Shown here piece after piece: positions 38,700-49,058 of a stretch of DNA of 64,000 nt. The notes beneath the pieces are model-generated. The model was not told the DNA's origin, did no database searches, and saw only the letters and a program-made list of their open reading frames with translations. The position numbers were made by a program, and so were the translations under genes. This DNA is from a phage. The stretch lies in NCBI GenBank assembly GCA_024875585.1, contig GCA_024875585.1_4107.1; one strand, 5' to 3'. Every line of letters begins with the position of its first letter. Position 1 is the stretch's first letter.

Positions 38700-39898
38700 T
38701 GGATTTTCCAGAGAAGTTATTTGTTGCACGTTCCTATGTAAACCACAACCAAGTTGATGGTTTTATCATTGATGCAACCAAATCACACACAAAAGCATTT
38801 GAGACAAAGAAAGAAAGAGCAGAGTATTGGGCAAAGAAGAACAATCTTCCATCGTTGTTTATTGACAACGTTCCAACCACTGGATTTTGTGTAGTTGATA
38901 AATTAACAATTCATGCACGAGAAACATATTTCACAATCCGTCACCCAGAAGGATTTGAATTTATGATTAGTGCAAAAAACATGAATGATTTAATTATCAA
39001 TAATGATATCATTAAAGGTGTTTTTGTAGACCCAATGTTTTTTAACAATAACTTAGAATTGATTAATGGTAAAACAAAAACATTTGCTAAGTTAGTTGAA
39101 AAACAAAATAAAAAAGAACAACAAAAAGAAACTGTGGCAAGTCTTAAAGTTGGTGATGGTTTCACTTATCTTAAAGAAGATTACTATTACTGCGGTAAAG
39201 TACATGCAATTTGTATCAAGAAAACTAAAGAATTTGCATATCCAGATAAAAGTTCAATATATCATTTAGTTTTTAATAGTACTCGTGGAACTTATGCATT
39301 GAATAAACGTTTGGATAATTACAATCTGGAACCTCGTGCACTCTTGAATAAGAAGACTACGACAGATGAAGAAATTAAACTTGCTAATGAATTTTGGCAA
39401 AGCTATAGAACAAACAGACATAACCCATTAGGTGAATCTAACATTCCAGTACTGGTACACAATAAATCATTTAAAGCAAAAGACCTAAAAATTAAATACG
39501 AAGAAATAAATGTTGATGACCTTATGAATAATGGACGTTTTAACGAGAACGTACCATTCATGACTAAAGATAATGAACAATCTTATCGCGTATTTTTTGG
39601 TGTAAGTAATAATACAACGCGTAGTTATTATGGACGTAACGGGGATTATACTATTCATTATATTGATAAATTTGAACGCTTTAGTGCATACCCAGTTCAA
39701 ATTGATGATAATGGAATTATGTCAATGGATGTTGATATTAATGAGCACACATCATTTAGTACATGGAATGGTTATCGTTCTCCATTCTTTCCACCAAATG
39801 AACGCAAAACATCAAGTACTCGTTACTATCAGGATAAACCATCTCACGTCCAATTATCAATTAGCAATCCACTTTTTATTGGAAAGTATTATCTATAA
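38696..39898 (+). CDS. hypothetical protein (400 aa)
   Basis: long ORF with ATGA overlap; no motif recognised. Confidence 0.6.
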   Translation: MMDFPEKLFVARSYVNHNQVDGFIIDATKSHTKAFETKKERAEYWAKKNNLPSLFIDNVPTTGFCVVDKLTIHARETYFTIRHPEGFEFMISAKNMNDLIINNDIIKGVFVDPMFFNNNLELINGKTKTFAKLVEKQNKKEQQKETVASLKVGDGFTYLKEDYYYCGKVHAICIKKTKEFAYPDKSSIYHLVFNSTRGTYALNKRLDNYNLEPRALLNKKTTTDEEIKLANEFWQSYRTNRHNPLGESNIPVLVHNKSFKAKDLKIKYEEINVDDLMNNGRFNENVPFMTKDNEQSYRVFFGVSNNTTRSYYGRNGDYTIHYIDKFERFSAYPVQIDDNGIMSMDVDINEHTSFSTWNGYRSPFFPPNERKTSSTRYYQDKPSHVQLSISNPLFIGKYYL

Positions 39899-39909
39899 AG
39901 GAATATACA

Positions 39910-41328
39910 ATGAGCATTTTAGCAATTCTTGAAAGCATTAAAAATACTAGCAGTACTCTGGGTAAAAAAGCTATCCTTGAACAAAACAAAGATAACCAAA
40001 CATTACAAAAAGTACTGAAATATACACTAGACCCTTCAATTGTAAGTGGGTATAAAAAGCTACCACAAGCTGATGATGTATACCAACATATGACATTAGA
40101 TGAAGCAATTGATAAGCTAGAATGCATTTACAAACGTGGTGTAACCGGAAATGCTGGACGTGACTTCATTGCTTCAGTACTGGGTTCTGTATCTGAAGAT
40201 GATCAGGAAGTTCTACGAAGAATGCTCACTAAGAACCTTGATTGTGGTATTCAAGAAAAGAACTGCAATGATGTGTTCGGGAAAGGTTTTATCAAAGACG
40301 AACCATACATGCGTTGTTCTTTAATTGACAAAAAGACTGCAAAGAACATTAACTTCAAAGATTATGGTTATGCTATATCAGAAGTGAAAATGGATGGTCA
40401 GTACTTGAACCACGTTGTCATTAATGGTTCATTAACTTCTACATCCCGTAATGGTAAACTATACGACTTCCTGGGTTGTCGTGATGGTGAGATGGCAGGT
40501 CTTGCTCACATCATCCAAAGTAAAGATGAACGTTTTAGTAGTGGTGTAGTCTTTATGGGTGAAGGTGTAGTACTGGACAATGATGGAGAAACCATTCTCC
40601 CACGCACTACTGGCAATGGTATAATTCAGAAAGCTGGAAAAGATAGTATCAGTCAGAATGAAGCAATGCGTACTGTATTTGTTCTATGGGATGTTGTTCC
40701 ATATGATGCATTTTGTGAAGGTGTATGGGATGTAAAACGTAAAGAACGTCGCGAGATCTTAGTAGATGCAATTAACGAACTCAGTAGTGATTTTGTTCGT
40801 ATGGTTGGATTCCGTAAAGTTCTAAACATCAAAGAAGCATTTGAGTACAATAGTGAACTAATGAACGAAGGTGAAGAGGGTTCAGTACTGAAATGTGAAG
40901 ATGGTATCTGGAAATCTCACACTTCTCCTAAGCAATTGAAAATGAAACTCAAAATGCAACTGGACTTGCGTATTGTTGGTTTCAATGAAGGTGAAGGTAA
41001 GCGTAAAGGTAGCCTTGGTTCTTTACAACTGGAAAGTGCGTGTGGTACATTGAAAGTTAATGTAGGTACAGGTATCCGTGAAAAAGATGCCGAATGGACA
41101 TTTAAAACTATCTGGGAAAGAATGCAAGAACTTATTGGTAAAGTGGTTACAGTTGAGTGTAATGACATTGTATTCGATAAGCGTACTGGTGAACCATCAC
41201 TATTTTTACCTGTATTTATTGAATTTAGATTTGACAAAAACACTTGCGACGATTATACTCGTATCTTAGAAATTCGTGATAGTGCAGTTGAAGTGTTTTC
41301 AAACAGTATTATTGAAGCATTAGGTTAA
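39910..41328 (+). CDS. ATP-dependent DNA ligase (T4 gp30-like)
   Basis: adenylation motif I KxDG (SEVKMDGQY); N-terminal ILEQNKDN and C-terminal LPVFIEFRFDK match T4 ligase as I recall it; 472 aa. Confidence 0.9.
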   Translation: MSILAILESIKNTSSTLGKKAILEQNKDNQTLQKVLKYTLDPSIVSGYKKLPQADDVYQHMTLDEAIDKLECIYKRGVTGNAGRDFIASVLGSVSEDDQEVLRRMLTKNLDCGIQEKNCNDVFGKGFIKDEPYMRCSLIDKKTAKNINFKDYGYAISEVKMDGQYLNHVVINGSLTSTSRNGKLYDFLGCRDGEMAGLAHIIQSKDERFSSGVVFMGEGVVLDNDGETILPRTTGNGIIQKAGKDSISQNEAMRTVFVLWDVVPYDAFCEGVWDVKRKERREILVDAINELSSDFVRMVGFRKVLNIKEAFEYNSELMNEGEEGSVLKCEDGIWKSHTSPKQLKMKLKMQLDLRIVGFNEGEGKRKGSLGSLQLESACGTLKVNVGTGIREKDAEWTFKTIWERMQELIGKVVTVECNDIVFDKRTGEPSLFLPVFIEFRFDKNTCDDYTRILEIRDSAVEVFSNSIIEALG

Positions 41329-41347
41329 CCATTTATTGGAGGTAATT

Positions 41348-42139
41348 ATGAAATTTGTCGTAACATCTGATGTACACGGTAGCACTGATTACCTTCATAG
41401 TGGGGATTACAGCGATACAGTACTGTTCATTGCTGGAGACTTCGATGAAGTTAAACGCAGTCGTTACCGTACTGGTATCGAATCACTATGTAAGCAGTTC
41501 AAAAATGTAGTGCTGGTTCCTGGCAATCACGAATACTATGGTTCTAATATCCACAAAACGCATAAAGTTCTGTCTGACATGCAAGATGAGATTCCCAATT
41601 TCATCTTTTTGCAAAACAAATTTGTATGGCTGGATGGGGTACTTCTTGTTGGTAGTACTCTGTGGACAGACTTCGATAAAGGTAACTCTTTGACTAAGTT
41701 TGATGCTCGTCAAAAGATGAATGATTATAAACATATCCGTCATGGAACAACATCCGAGCCTTGGCGTAAGAAGTTGACACCAGATGATACGGAGTTCATG
41801 CATTATAAAGATAAACAATTTATTAAAAATTCTATTGACACGGCTCGCTTTATGCATGATAATGATTTCAAGGTAATTGTGATTACACATCACGCACCAA
41901 GTTATCAAAGTGTTTCACCAAAATATAAAAATGATTCCCTGAATGGCTGTTACTGTTCAGATATGGATCAGTACATTGAAGATTTGGGTGCTGATATTTG
42001 GATTCATGGTCATGTTCATAGTAGCTTTGACTACCACATTGGTAAGACACGTATCATTTGTAATCCACGAGGCTATGAATCGTACAGTGGTGCTTGTGAG
42101 AATTTTGATTACAATCCTAAATTAGTATTTGAAATTTAA
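41348..42139 (+). CDS. calcineurin-like metallophosphoesterase
   Basis: DVHG, GDF and GNHEYY motifs; later HH and GHxH; GGAGG RBS. Confidence 0.65.
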   Translation: MKFVVTSDVHGSTDYLHSGDYSDTVLFIAGDFDEVKRSRYRTGIESLCKQFKNVVLVPGNHEYYGSNIHKTHKVLSDMQDEIPNFIFLQNKFVWLDGVLLVGSTLWTDFDKGNSLTKFDARQKMNDYKHIRHGTTSEPWRKKLTPDDTEFMHYKDKQFIKNSIDTARFMHDNDFKVIVITHHAPSYQSVSPKYKNDSLNGCYCSDMDQYIEDLGADIWIHGHVHSSFDYHIGKTRIICNPRGYESYSGACENFDYNPKLVFEI

Positions 42140-42151
42140 TAAGAGGATATT

Positions 42152-42535
42152 GTGTCATTAATTTATTTTGAACTACCCGAATATACCAATTATCCAAGCC
42201 GAGTTATTTGCTCAATATATAGTAATGCATACCATCACTTGTTAGTGAATAGTAATAAAGCTGTGCATTATTATCGAGATAAAGAACCAATTATATTAAA
42301 GAATCGTTATGGATTTAACTCAACTGATCCTGAAGTTAAACTCTGTGATTTATCAGGGGAAGTGTTGGTTGTAATGAAATGTGATACTAATCTTTTCCAT
42401 ACATACAAACTTAATCAGTACTTTATGGAAACACTTTCTATACGTTCCCATGCTCCGATGATTAAAGTTGATTTGAATTATGTTGATGATAAATTAAAAT
42501 ACGATCTCATAAATTCACTTGTTTATTTGGAGTAA
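42152..42535 (+). CDS. hypothetical protein
   Basis: ORF with GTG start after AGAGGA. Confidence 0.45.
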   Translation: MSLIYFELPEYTNYPSRVICSIYSNAYHHLLVNSNKAVHYYRDKEPIILKNRYGFNSTDPEVKLCDLSGEVLVVMKCDTNLFHTYKLNQYFMETLSIRSHAPMIKVDLNYVDDKLKYDLINSLVYLE

Positions 42536-42536
42536 T

Positions 42537-42941
42537 ATGAATATACGTTCAGTACGAATATTTTCATTTGTTGATAAGAATGAAAAACACTCTTATGTGT
42601 TTGAAAATGTCAATAAGTTAAATCCTCATACAGCAAAAATGATTGAAACAATGAAAATCTTTAGCTGGAAGATAGAAGTGTTCCATCTTAATGACGATTC
42701 TGTTTTTATATATGATGATGGATGGTATGACGGTGTATTTTATGAGGACATTTTCACATCAGCAGATTACTACTTTCTAGTGAGTAATCCACTTTTCAGT
42801 ACTAACACGTTGTTTGACATTACCATTTCAAACGCGTATGAAACAAGTCATGTTGAGTTACTTAAGTTTGATCCCGTATTATTCAATAAAGAAACAGCTT
42901 ACTGGATGACTGATTTCTTTTCAAATATTCCAGTAAAATAG
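42537..42941 (+). CDS. hypothetical protein
   Basis: ORF; ATG 42537 after GGAG. Confidence 0.5.
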   Translation: MNIRSVRIFSFVDKNEKHSYVFENVNKLNPHTAKMIETMKIFSWKIEVFHLNDDSVFIYDDGWYDGVFYEDIFTSADYYFLVSNPLFSTNTLFDITISNAYETSHVELLKFDPVLFNKETAYWMTDFFSNIPVK

Positions 42942-42942
42942 T

Positions 42943-42971
42943 TTGGACATTTTAAATCTTAGTGATATAAT
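42943..42971 (+). promoter_or_regulatory. sigma70-type promoter TTGGAC-N17-TATAAT with extended -10 TGATATAAT
   Basis: intergenic, upstream of clpP. Confidence 0.55.
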
Positions 42972-43005
42972 ACTCACAACAACGAAATAATAGAGGAAAT
43001 TAATA

Positions 43006-43701
43006 ATGGTTGAACAATTCAATTTTGGTGGTTATGCTAATGGTGAAGTAAGTAACATTTCTATTCCGTATGTAGTTGAAAAAGTTAATGGTTCAGAGCG
43101 TACATATGATCTAGCATCTCGTATGATGCAAGACCGTATCATTTTCCTTGATACTGATTTCAATGACCAGATGGCACATATCATCAAACAACAATTGGTG
43201 TGGTTAGACTCACAAGGTGATTCCCCTATTACATTCTATATTAGTTCACCAGGTGGTTCAGTACATGCAGGTTTGGGCATCGCTGATATTGCTAAATCTT
43301 GTGTATCACCAATCCGTACTGTAGTAATGGGTTATGCAGCATCAATGGGGTGTTATACACAATCTGTTATTGGGACTAAAGGTTTCCGTTTGGGTGGTAA
43401 ACGTTCCTACTTCATGTGTCACCAAGTAAGTTCTGGTACGAAAGGTCTAATTACTGACCAGAAAATTTCACTTAAACATTCTGATGAACTGAACACGTTG
43501 CTGACGAAAGAAATCGCTGAAGCTGTTGGCGTTTCTCATGAACAACTACTGAAAGATGCAGACCGTGATTTGTGGTTGAATGCTGAAGAAGCACTCGAAT
43601 ATGGTGAAAAAGGATTTATCGATGGTATTATCCTTGGACCACGCAACGAGAAAGGTCAATACCTAGTCAAGCGTCGTGGTGGTGTTGAAGAGTGGGTTTG
43701 A
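43006..43701 (+). CDS. clpP: ClpP-family serine protease
   Basis: strongly resembles the bacterial ClpP core as I recall it: SSPGGSV, GYAASMG (catalytic Ser), MCHQ (His), ADRD (Asp); GAGGA RBS. Confidence 0.85.
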   Translation: MVEQFNFGGYANGEVSNISIPYVVEKVNGSERTYDLASRMMQDRIIFLDTDFNDQMAHIIKQQLVWLDSQGDSPITFYISSPGGSVHAGLGIADIAKSCVSPIRTVVMGYAASMGCYTQSVIGTKGFRLGGKRSYFMCHQVSSGTKGLITDQKISLKHSDELNTLLTKEIAEAVGVSHEQLLKDADRDLWLNAEEALEYGEKGFIDGIILGPRNEKGQYLVKRRGGVEEWV

Positions 43702-43756
43702 TTTAGTGATGATTACACTTTATACCCACATTGTGTGGTATTTCTAAGGAGCAAAA

Positions 43757-44053
43757 ATGACAAAAACTTTAGTTCGTAATAATTCAGCACAAGAGGCTGA
43801 TGTTCTTGAAGATTCAGAATTCATCACTGTTGCACTGGAACAAATTAGTACTCAAGCATTGGCACTAAAAGATACTACACAGTCAGAAGACCTACTGGTT
43901 GGGATGGCTAATATCCTTGAACTAATGCAGGAAGTTCTAGTAAAGAACAATATTACACCAATTGATGCAGTACAATATGCTGCAAATCTACGAGCAGAAT
44001 TCGGTTCATTCTGTGATAAGAAATATATCAGTACTGAAGAGGAAAAAGAATAA
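43757..44053 (+). CDS. hypothetical acidic protein
   Basis: 98-aa ORF. Confidence 0.55.
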   Translation: MTKTLVRNNSAQEADVLEDSEFITVALEQISTQALALKDTTQSEDLLVGMANILELMQEVLVKNNITPIDAVQYAANLRAEFGSFCDKKYISTEEEKE

Positions 44054-44054
44054 T

Positions 44055-44501
44055 ATGTCTAATGCACAATACAAAGAAGGTTCTGCCGCGTTTAAAAACA
44101 AAGTAGTTTTTAACAATGAACAGCTAAAATCACAGCACCCACTATTCCGTCAAGGTTATCGTGCTGCACAAGCTGAAGCAATGAAGAAAAGTAATGTGAC
44201 ATTCCCAACTACATTATATGATATTCCTAAACGTCCACATATTTTTAAAGCAGAATGGACTGATATTATGGCAGCGACAAAGCGACCTCGTTTTGCTAAA
44301 CTTCATACTGATCAAGGACGTTGGCTACTAATTGGTATTATGAAAGCAGTAGAAAATCAATCACATAAGATTTCCCGATATAAAGATGTTATTGCTATGG
44401 TCGATAAAGCATTTGATCTTGTTCTGCAATATGGTTATGACGAAGGTGTTCTAACTGTTGCTGATTGTGAGCAATATCAGTACACTCCATATCAAAAATG
44501 A
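44055..44501 (+). CDS. hypothetical protein
   Basis: ORF; ATG 44055 after GAGGA. Confidence 0.55.
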   Translation: MSNAQYKEGSAAFKNKVVFNNEQLKSQHPLFRQGYRAAQAEAMKKSNVTFPTTLYDIPKRPHIFKAEWTDIMAATKRPRFAKLHTDQGRWLLIGIMKAVENQSHKISRYKDVIAMVDKAFDLVLQYGYDEGVLTVADCEQYQYTPYQK

Positions 44502-44504
44502 TAT

Positions 44505-44543
44505 AAAAAATAGGAATCCCACACAAGGATTCCTATTTTTATT
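44505..44543. terminator. rho-independent terminator (A-run / hairpin / T-run)
   Basis: hairpin taggaatcc-cacacaa-ggattccta flanked by AAAAAA and TTTTT. Confidence 0.8.
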
Positions 44544-44592
44544 ATTGCACGTCAAATTGGATTCATTGATGTTTATAATCTAGAGGGACATA

Positions 44593-45117
44593 ATGAAATA
44601 TACACACCTAAGTATAGATGATACTAATATCTGGTTAGATAACATAATCAAGACATTAGAATTAATTAAGCTTACATTACAGAAATCAATTGATATTGAA
44701 ACTAATATTAAACACGAAATATTAAATTATTATCACAAAAACAAATATTGTAAGTTTTTCTCTAAATTAATTTATGGATTATATGATAGTGAAGATATTT
44801 GTATCGGTTACAGTACTGGTATTTGCTTTACAATTAATGGTCTTATGAATGATTTAAATTTCCGTCTTTCAGAAGAACAGCGAAATTTTCGTCTATTTTG
44901 TAAGGATATTATGGATGAAGATGAAATATCATTTGTTGTTGAATTGAATAGAACATGGTCTACATATGCAGATAAACCATTTGAAATCAATGAAACCGAT
45001 GTGTTAAACTATTTTCGAGTTATGAAAATTCATGATTTGTGTAAAAACGCATTGTTAAGTATTGGAGCTTATAATGAAACATACGACTTGGTTGAAGATA
45101 GCAGAAGTAGTTGCTGA
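44593..45117 (+). CDS. hypothetical protein
   Basis: 174-aa ORF. Confidence 0.55.
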   Translation: MKYTHLSIDDTNIWLDNIIKTLELIKLTLQKSIDIETNIKHEILNYYHKNKYCKFFSKLIYGLYDSEDICIGYSTGICFTINGLMNDLNFRLSEEQRNFRLFCKDIMDEDEISFVVELNRTWSTYADKPFEINETDVLNYFRVMKIHDLCKNALLSIGAYNETYDLVEDSRSSC

Positions 45118-45553
45118 AGAAAGTAAATGTATTTCACAAAAAGTTGGTTGTGTTATTGTTAAAAATAATCGAGTATTGAGTACTGGATATAACGGTACAC
45201 CATCAAAGCAACCTAACTGTTGTGATGTTAATAAACATCTCGTAAACAATGGTCAATTTCAAAATTGGATTGATGACGATGCTAAACACTTACATCACGA
45301 GTGGAGTAATATTCATGAGATCCATGCAGAAATGAATGCATTACTATATAGTTCACCACAAGAACGTCAAGGTGCAACACTTTACACCACACTCCAACCG
45401 TGCTATACTTGTTCTAAGTTAATTGCCGGTAGTGGTATTTCTCGTGTAATTTACGAAAAATCGTATCGTCGTACTCCACCAGAAGCTATTAAAGTACTGG
45501 AAGATGCTGGAATTATTGTTAATTGCATTTATGATAAGGGTCTTGATAAATGA
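45074..45553 (+). CDS. cd: dCMP deaminase
   Basis: zinc-binding HAEMNAL and PCYTCSKL motifs of the dCMP deaminase family; GGAG RBS. Confidence 0.85.
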   Translation: MKHTTWLKIAEVVAEESKCISQKVGCVIVKNNRVLSTGYNGTPSKQPNCCDVNKHLVNNGQFQNWIDDDAKHLHHEWSNIHEIHAEMNALLYSSPQERQGATLYTTLQPCYTCSKLIAGSGISRVIYEKSYRRTPPEAIKVLEDAGIIVNCIYDKGLDK

Positions 45554-45807
45554 CAGTAATAATTATTATTGCTTTTCTAATAACAGTGTTTTTTATTTTT
45601 ATGTTATATATAGTTGCTATGGATGAACCTAATAGTTCTTTTAGAAATTATGAAGTTCGTTTTTCTGCACAAAATAATAAGTACTATATTGTAAACTGTG
45701 TACATTGTAGTGAGAAAAAGGTAACTGGTAGGTTTGGGTTTACAATTTATTATAAAGATCGAGTAGAAGCTGATATGGTTTGTCAAAAACTTAACACAGT
45801 AGAATAA
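45550..45807 (+). CDS. small protein with N-terminal TM helix
   Basis: 85-aa ORF, ATGA overlap with cd. Confidence 0.5.
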   Translation: MTVIIIIAFLITVFFIFMLYIVAMDEPNSSFRNYEVRFSAQNNKYYIVNCVHCSEKKVTGRFGFTIYYKDRVEADMVCQKLNTVE

Positions 45808-45836
45808 AAAAAGGAGCCGCATGGCTCCTTTTTTAT
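45805..45836. terminator. bidirectional rho-independent terminator
   Basis: AAAAAAA - hairpin aggagcc-gcat-ggctcct - TTTTTT; sits between convergent plus and minus transcription units. Confidence 0.8.
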
Positions 45837-46073
45837 GTTTTTACGTAAGATGTATAGATCATTATGTAATTTGATTTTGTTAATCATATACATAGTACAA
45901 AAACCTTCAACATCTGCTTTTTCATCTTTCAATTTAATGAAGAAAGTATCATCTCTTAGACTTTCATCTGAATTTTCGATACTATCAATAGAAAAAGGAA
46001 GTCTTCCGGTTAATGTAATTATTCTTCTCTAAGGAAAGTGCATGATAATTATCATGCACTATATTATTAAAAA

Positions 46074-48746
46074 TTACGCACTGATTGTTACAGTTGCAGT
46101 ATCTTTTTTATTACCATCCACAGTAGTCACTGTAATGATTACAGAACCTTCTTCTAGAGCAGTTACTAATCCATCATCACTAATAGATACTTTAGTAGGT
46201 TCATCTGCACTATAAGTTACTGATTTGTTAGTTGCTTTAGCTGGAAGAACTTCAGGAACTAGTTGAACTGTTTTAGTTCCTGATAGTGAAAGTTCAGTAG
46301 TTTTAGGTGTTAAACTAACACTGGATACTGGAACTGGAATATTAACGATTACTGATGTTTGACCAGTAACATCACTACCATCAGCGGCAGTAGCGATAAT
46401 ATTTGCAGTACCATTAGTTAGTGCAGTTACGATACCAGTATTAGCATCTACTTTAGCAATTTCTGGAGCACTGGATGACCAAATTACTTTTTTATTGGTT
46501 GCATTACTTGGGGTAATTGCAGCAGTCATCTGTTTAGTTGCATTCAATGTAGTCAAAGTTTGATCTTTAGGAGTTACATCAATTGCAGTTACTGGCACTG
46601 GAATATTAACAGTAATAACACCTTGACCTGTTTTACCACTTCCATCAGCAGCAGTTGCGATAATGTTTGCAGAACCGTTAGTTAACGCAGTTACAACACC
46701 AGTACTAGCATCTACTTTCGCTACAGCAGGTTTACTGGAAGACCATGTTACAGATTTATTTGTTGCGTTAGTTGGAAGAACTTCAGCAGCCATTGCTTGA
46801 GTTGCGTTAACAGCAGTCAATGTTTTAGTTGCTGGAGTAACATTAATAGATGCGACTGGAACTGGAATTGCTACAGTTACCGCACATTTTGCAGTTTTTG
46901 CTCCATCAGCAGTTGTTACTGTGATATCAGCAGTGCCATTTGCTACAGCAGTGATTAAACCAGTTGGACTAACAGTTGCCACTCCATCAGCAGAAGTACT
47001 ATAAGTTACTGCTTTGTTGGTAGCATTAGGTGGTAGTACAGTTGGTGTTAGTTGTTGAGTATCACCGACTGAAGTTAATTTAGCACTTGTTGGAGATACT
47101 GATACACTTGCAACAGGAACTGGAATATTAACATTTACCACGCAAACTTTAGTAAATCCACCATCAGATGTGGTTGCTGTAATATTTGCAGTACCGTTTG
47201 CAACAGCAGTGATTAAACCAGTTGGACTTACCGTTGCGACACCCTCAGCAGAAGTAGTGTATGAAATATCTTTACGACGAGCGTTATCTGGAATAACAGA
47301 TGCAGTTAGTTGTTGAGTAGCACCTACAGAAGTTAGGGTTGCTGTCAACGGAGTCATATTAATACCAGTTACTGGGATCGTTACATCAATCACTGATTCA
47401 GCAGTTTTAGCACCATCATCAGTGGTAACAGTAATAGTTGTAGTACCGTTATCAACCGAAGTTACTAGACCAGTATTGCTAACTTTTGCCACGTCTGGAT
47501 ATGAAGAAACATATGAAACTGCTTTATTGGATGCAGTTGTAGGAGCAACGGTTGTTTCTAATTGTTTAGTATCACCTAATGTTGAGAATGTATAAGTACT
47601 AGGAGTCATAGTGACACCAGATACAGGTGTTTTCACAGTGATAGTAGTAGTATCAGTTTTAGCACCATCTTCGGTTGTTGCTGTAATCACCACTGTACCG
47701 TTAGCAACACCAGTTACTAGACCAGAAGTAGGGTTAACAGTTGCTATATCAGGTGTTGCTGAAGACCACGTGACGTTTTTATTAGTTGCATCATCAGGAG
47801 ATATTGTAGCAGTTAATTGTTGAGTACCGCCAACGTTAATTGTTGCAGTTTTAGGAGAAACAACAACACCACTAACTGGAGTTGTTACAGTAACAGTACA
47901 TTTTGAAACAAATATGCCATCAACAGTAGTTGCAATTACATCAGTACTACCATCTGCAACACCAGTTACCATACCAGATGGACTTACAGTTGCGACGCGT
48001 GGTATACTAGATAACCAATTAACACGTTTATCACTTGCATCATCGGGTGATACGGTAGCTGTTAGTTGTTGAGTTTTACCAACACTAAGAGATAGAGTTG
48101 AAGGAGAAACAACAACACCACTAACTGGAGTTGTTACGGTAAATGCACAAACATCAGTGAAACCACCATCATGAGTAGTAACTGTTACATTTGCGTTACC
48201 ATTAGCACGGGCAATTGCTAAACCAGTTTGAGCATCAACTTCAACAATTGTTGGAGCAGAGGAACTATAACTTACTGTTTTATCATTTGCATAATCTGGA
48301 TCAATTGTAGCTGATAGCTGTTGTGTACTACCAACTTTAAGTGCTACTACTTTAGGTGAAATAATTACACCATCAACTGGAGTAGTATAATCACGTTTAA
48401 CCACACGACCATTGTTCAATTTAATAATACGACCCATATAAAGAGTAGTATATCCTTTACTAATCCCATCATCTACATAAATCATGAATGAATTGTCTTG
48501 AACCATATTAATTGCGTCTACTGGTTTAACGGAATTTGGAATGTCGATACCACGGGTATCATACCAACACATGGAAACTTTGTAATAGATATCACCATTA
48601 TCATTTATGAGATCATAAACGTTACTGGAACGTTGACGGTTAATATATAAAGTTTCGGTTAACACCTTACCATCGATTTTAGCGACAGAAACTTTAATAC
48701 CACCAATACCAAATGGCAATTTACCTTCACTAGATATTGCTTTCAT
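46074..48746 (-). CDS. Ig-like (Big_2) repeat virion surface protein, Hoc-like or adhesin-like
   Basis: 890 aa; unique N-terminal ~120 aa followed by about nine ~85-aa repeats (VSGVVVSP...TQQLTAT..PDDA..K.V.WSS...ATV...GLVTGVANGT); only long minus-strand gene; AAGGA RBS. Confidence 0.7.
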   Translation of the reverse strand: MKAISSEGKLPFGIGGIKVSVAKIDGKVLTETLYINRQRSSNVYDLINDNGDIYYKVSMCWYDTRGIDIPNSVKPVDAINMVQDNSFMIYVDDGISKGYTTLYMGRIIKLNNGRVVKRDYTTPVDGVIISPKVVALKVGSTQQLSATIDPDYANDKTVSYSSSAPTIVEVDAQTGLAIARANGNANVTVTTHDGGFTDVCAFTVTTPVSGVVVSPSTLSLSVGKTQQLTATVSPDDASDKRVNWLSSIPRVATVSPSGMVTGVADGSTDVIATTVDGIFVSKCTVTVTTPVSGVVVSPKTATINVGGTQQLTATISPDDATNKNVTWSSATPDIATVNPTSGLVTGVANGTVVITATTEDGAKTDTTTITVKTPVSGVTMTPSTYTFSTLGDTKQLETTVAPTTASNKAVSYVSSYPDVAKVSNTGLVTSVDNGTTTITVTTDDGAKTAESVIDVTIPVTGINMTPLTATLTSVGATQQLTASVIPDNARRKDISYTTSAEGVATVSPTGLITAVANGTANITATTSDGGFTKVCVVNVNIPVPVASVSVSPTSAKLTSVGDTQQLTPTVLPPNATNKAVTYSTSADGVATVSPTGLITAVANGTADITVTTADGAKTAKCAVTVAIPVPVASINVTPATKTLTAVNATQAMAAEVLPTNATNKSVTWSSSKPAVAKVDASTGVVTALTNGSANIIATAADGSGKTGQGVITVNIPVPVTAIDVTPKDQTLTTLNATKQMTAAITPSNATNKKVIWSSSAPEIAKVDANTGIVTALTNGTANIIATAADGSDVTGQTSVIVNIPVPVSSVSLTPKTTELSLSGTKTVQLVPEVLPAKATNKSVTYSADEPTKVSISDDGLVTALEEGSVIITVTTVDGNKKDTATVTISA
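46150..48400 (-). repeat. tandem ~250-270-bp coding repeats (Ig-like domain units)
   Basis: recurring DNA blocks such as actggaactggaat...gcagtaccatt within the Big_2 gene. Confidence 0.6.
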
Positions 48747-48782
48747 ATACTTTCCTTTATAAATTGTATTGTATTGTTATAT

Positions 48783-48790
48783 TATTTATA
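48783..48790 (-). promoter_or_regulatory. T4-type late promoter TATAAATA
   Basis: exact TATAAATA on the minus strand about 40 nt upstream of the Big_2 start codon. Confidence 0.55.
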
Positions 48791-49058
48791 TTATAACAAA
48801 ATTATTTTAGTATTAAAAAGGAGTTCTAATGTTCCTTTATATTTTAAAGGAACATACTGTGTAAATCTGGTTTGGTCAGGTAAATCTTTCGGAGAGAAGG
48901 AAGTAGTGAATGACATTTTATCATTAAAATCATCTCCTTACCTTTAAAATAGAATTGTAAACTGCCTCCTAATATGATACCATAGTTCAAATGGTAAATC
49001 AATGAACTTAACAAAAAAAACACTTGATACTACAGTCATAATTGTTCAGTTTTTGTGC

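Noticed and set aside
45835-46032. 65-aa plus-strand ORF between cd-region genes and the minus-strand Big_2 gene
   Set aside because: It overlaps the bidirectional terminator and 3' region of the minus-strand gene and has no RBS
47611-47823. 70-aa plus-strand ORF antisense to the Big_2 gene
   Set aside because: Antisense artefact of the repetitive, relatively GC-rich coding sequence
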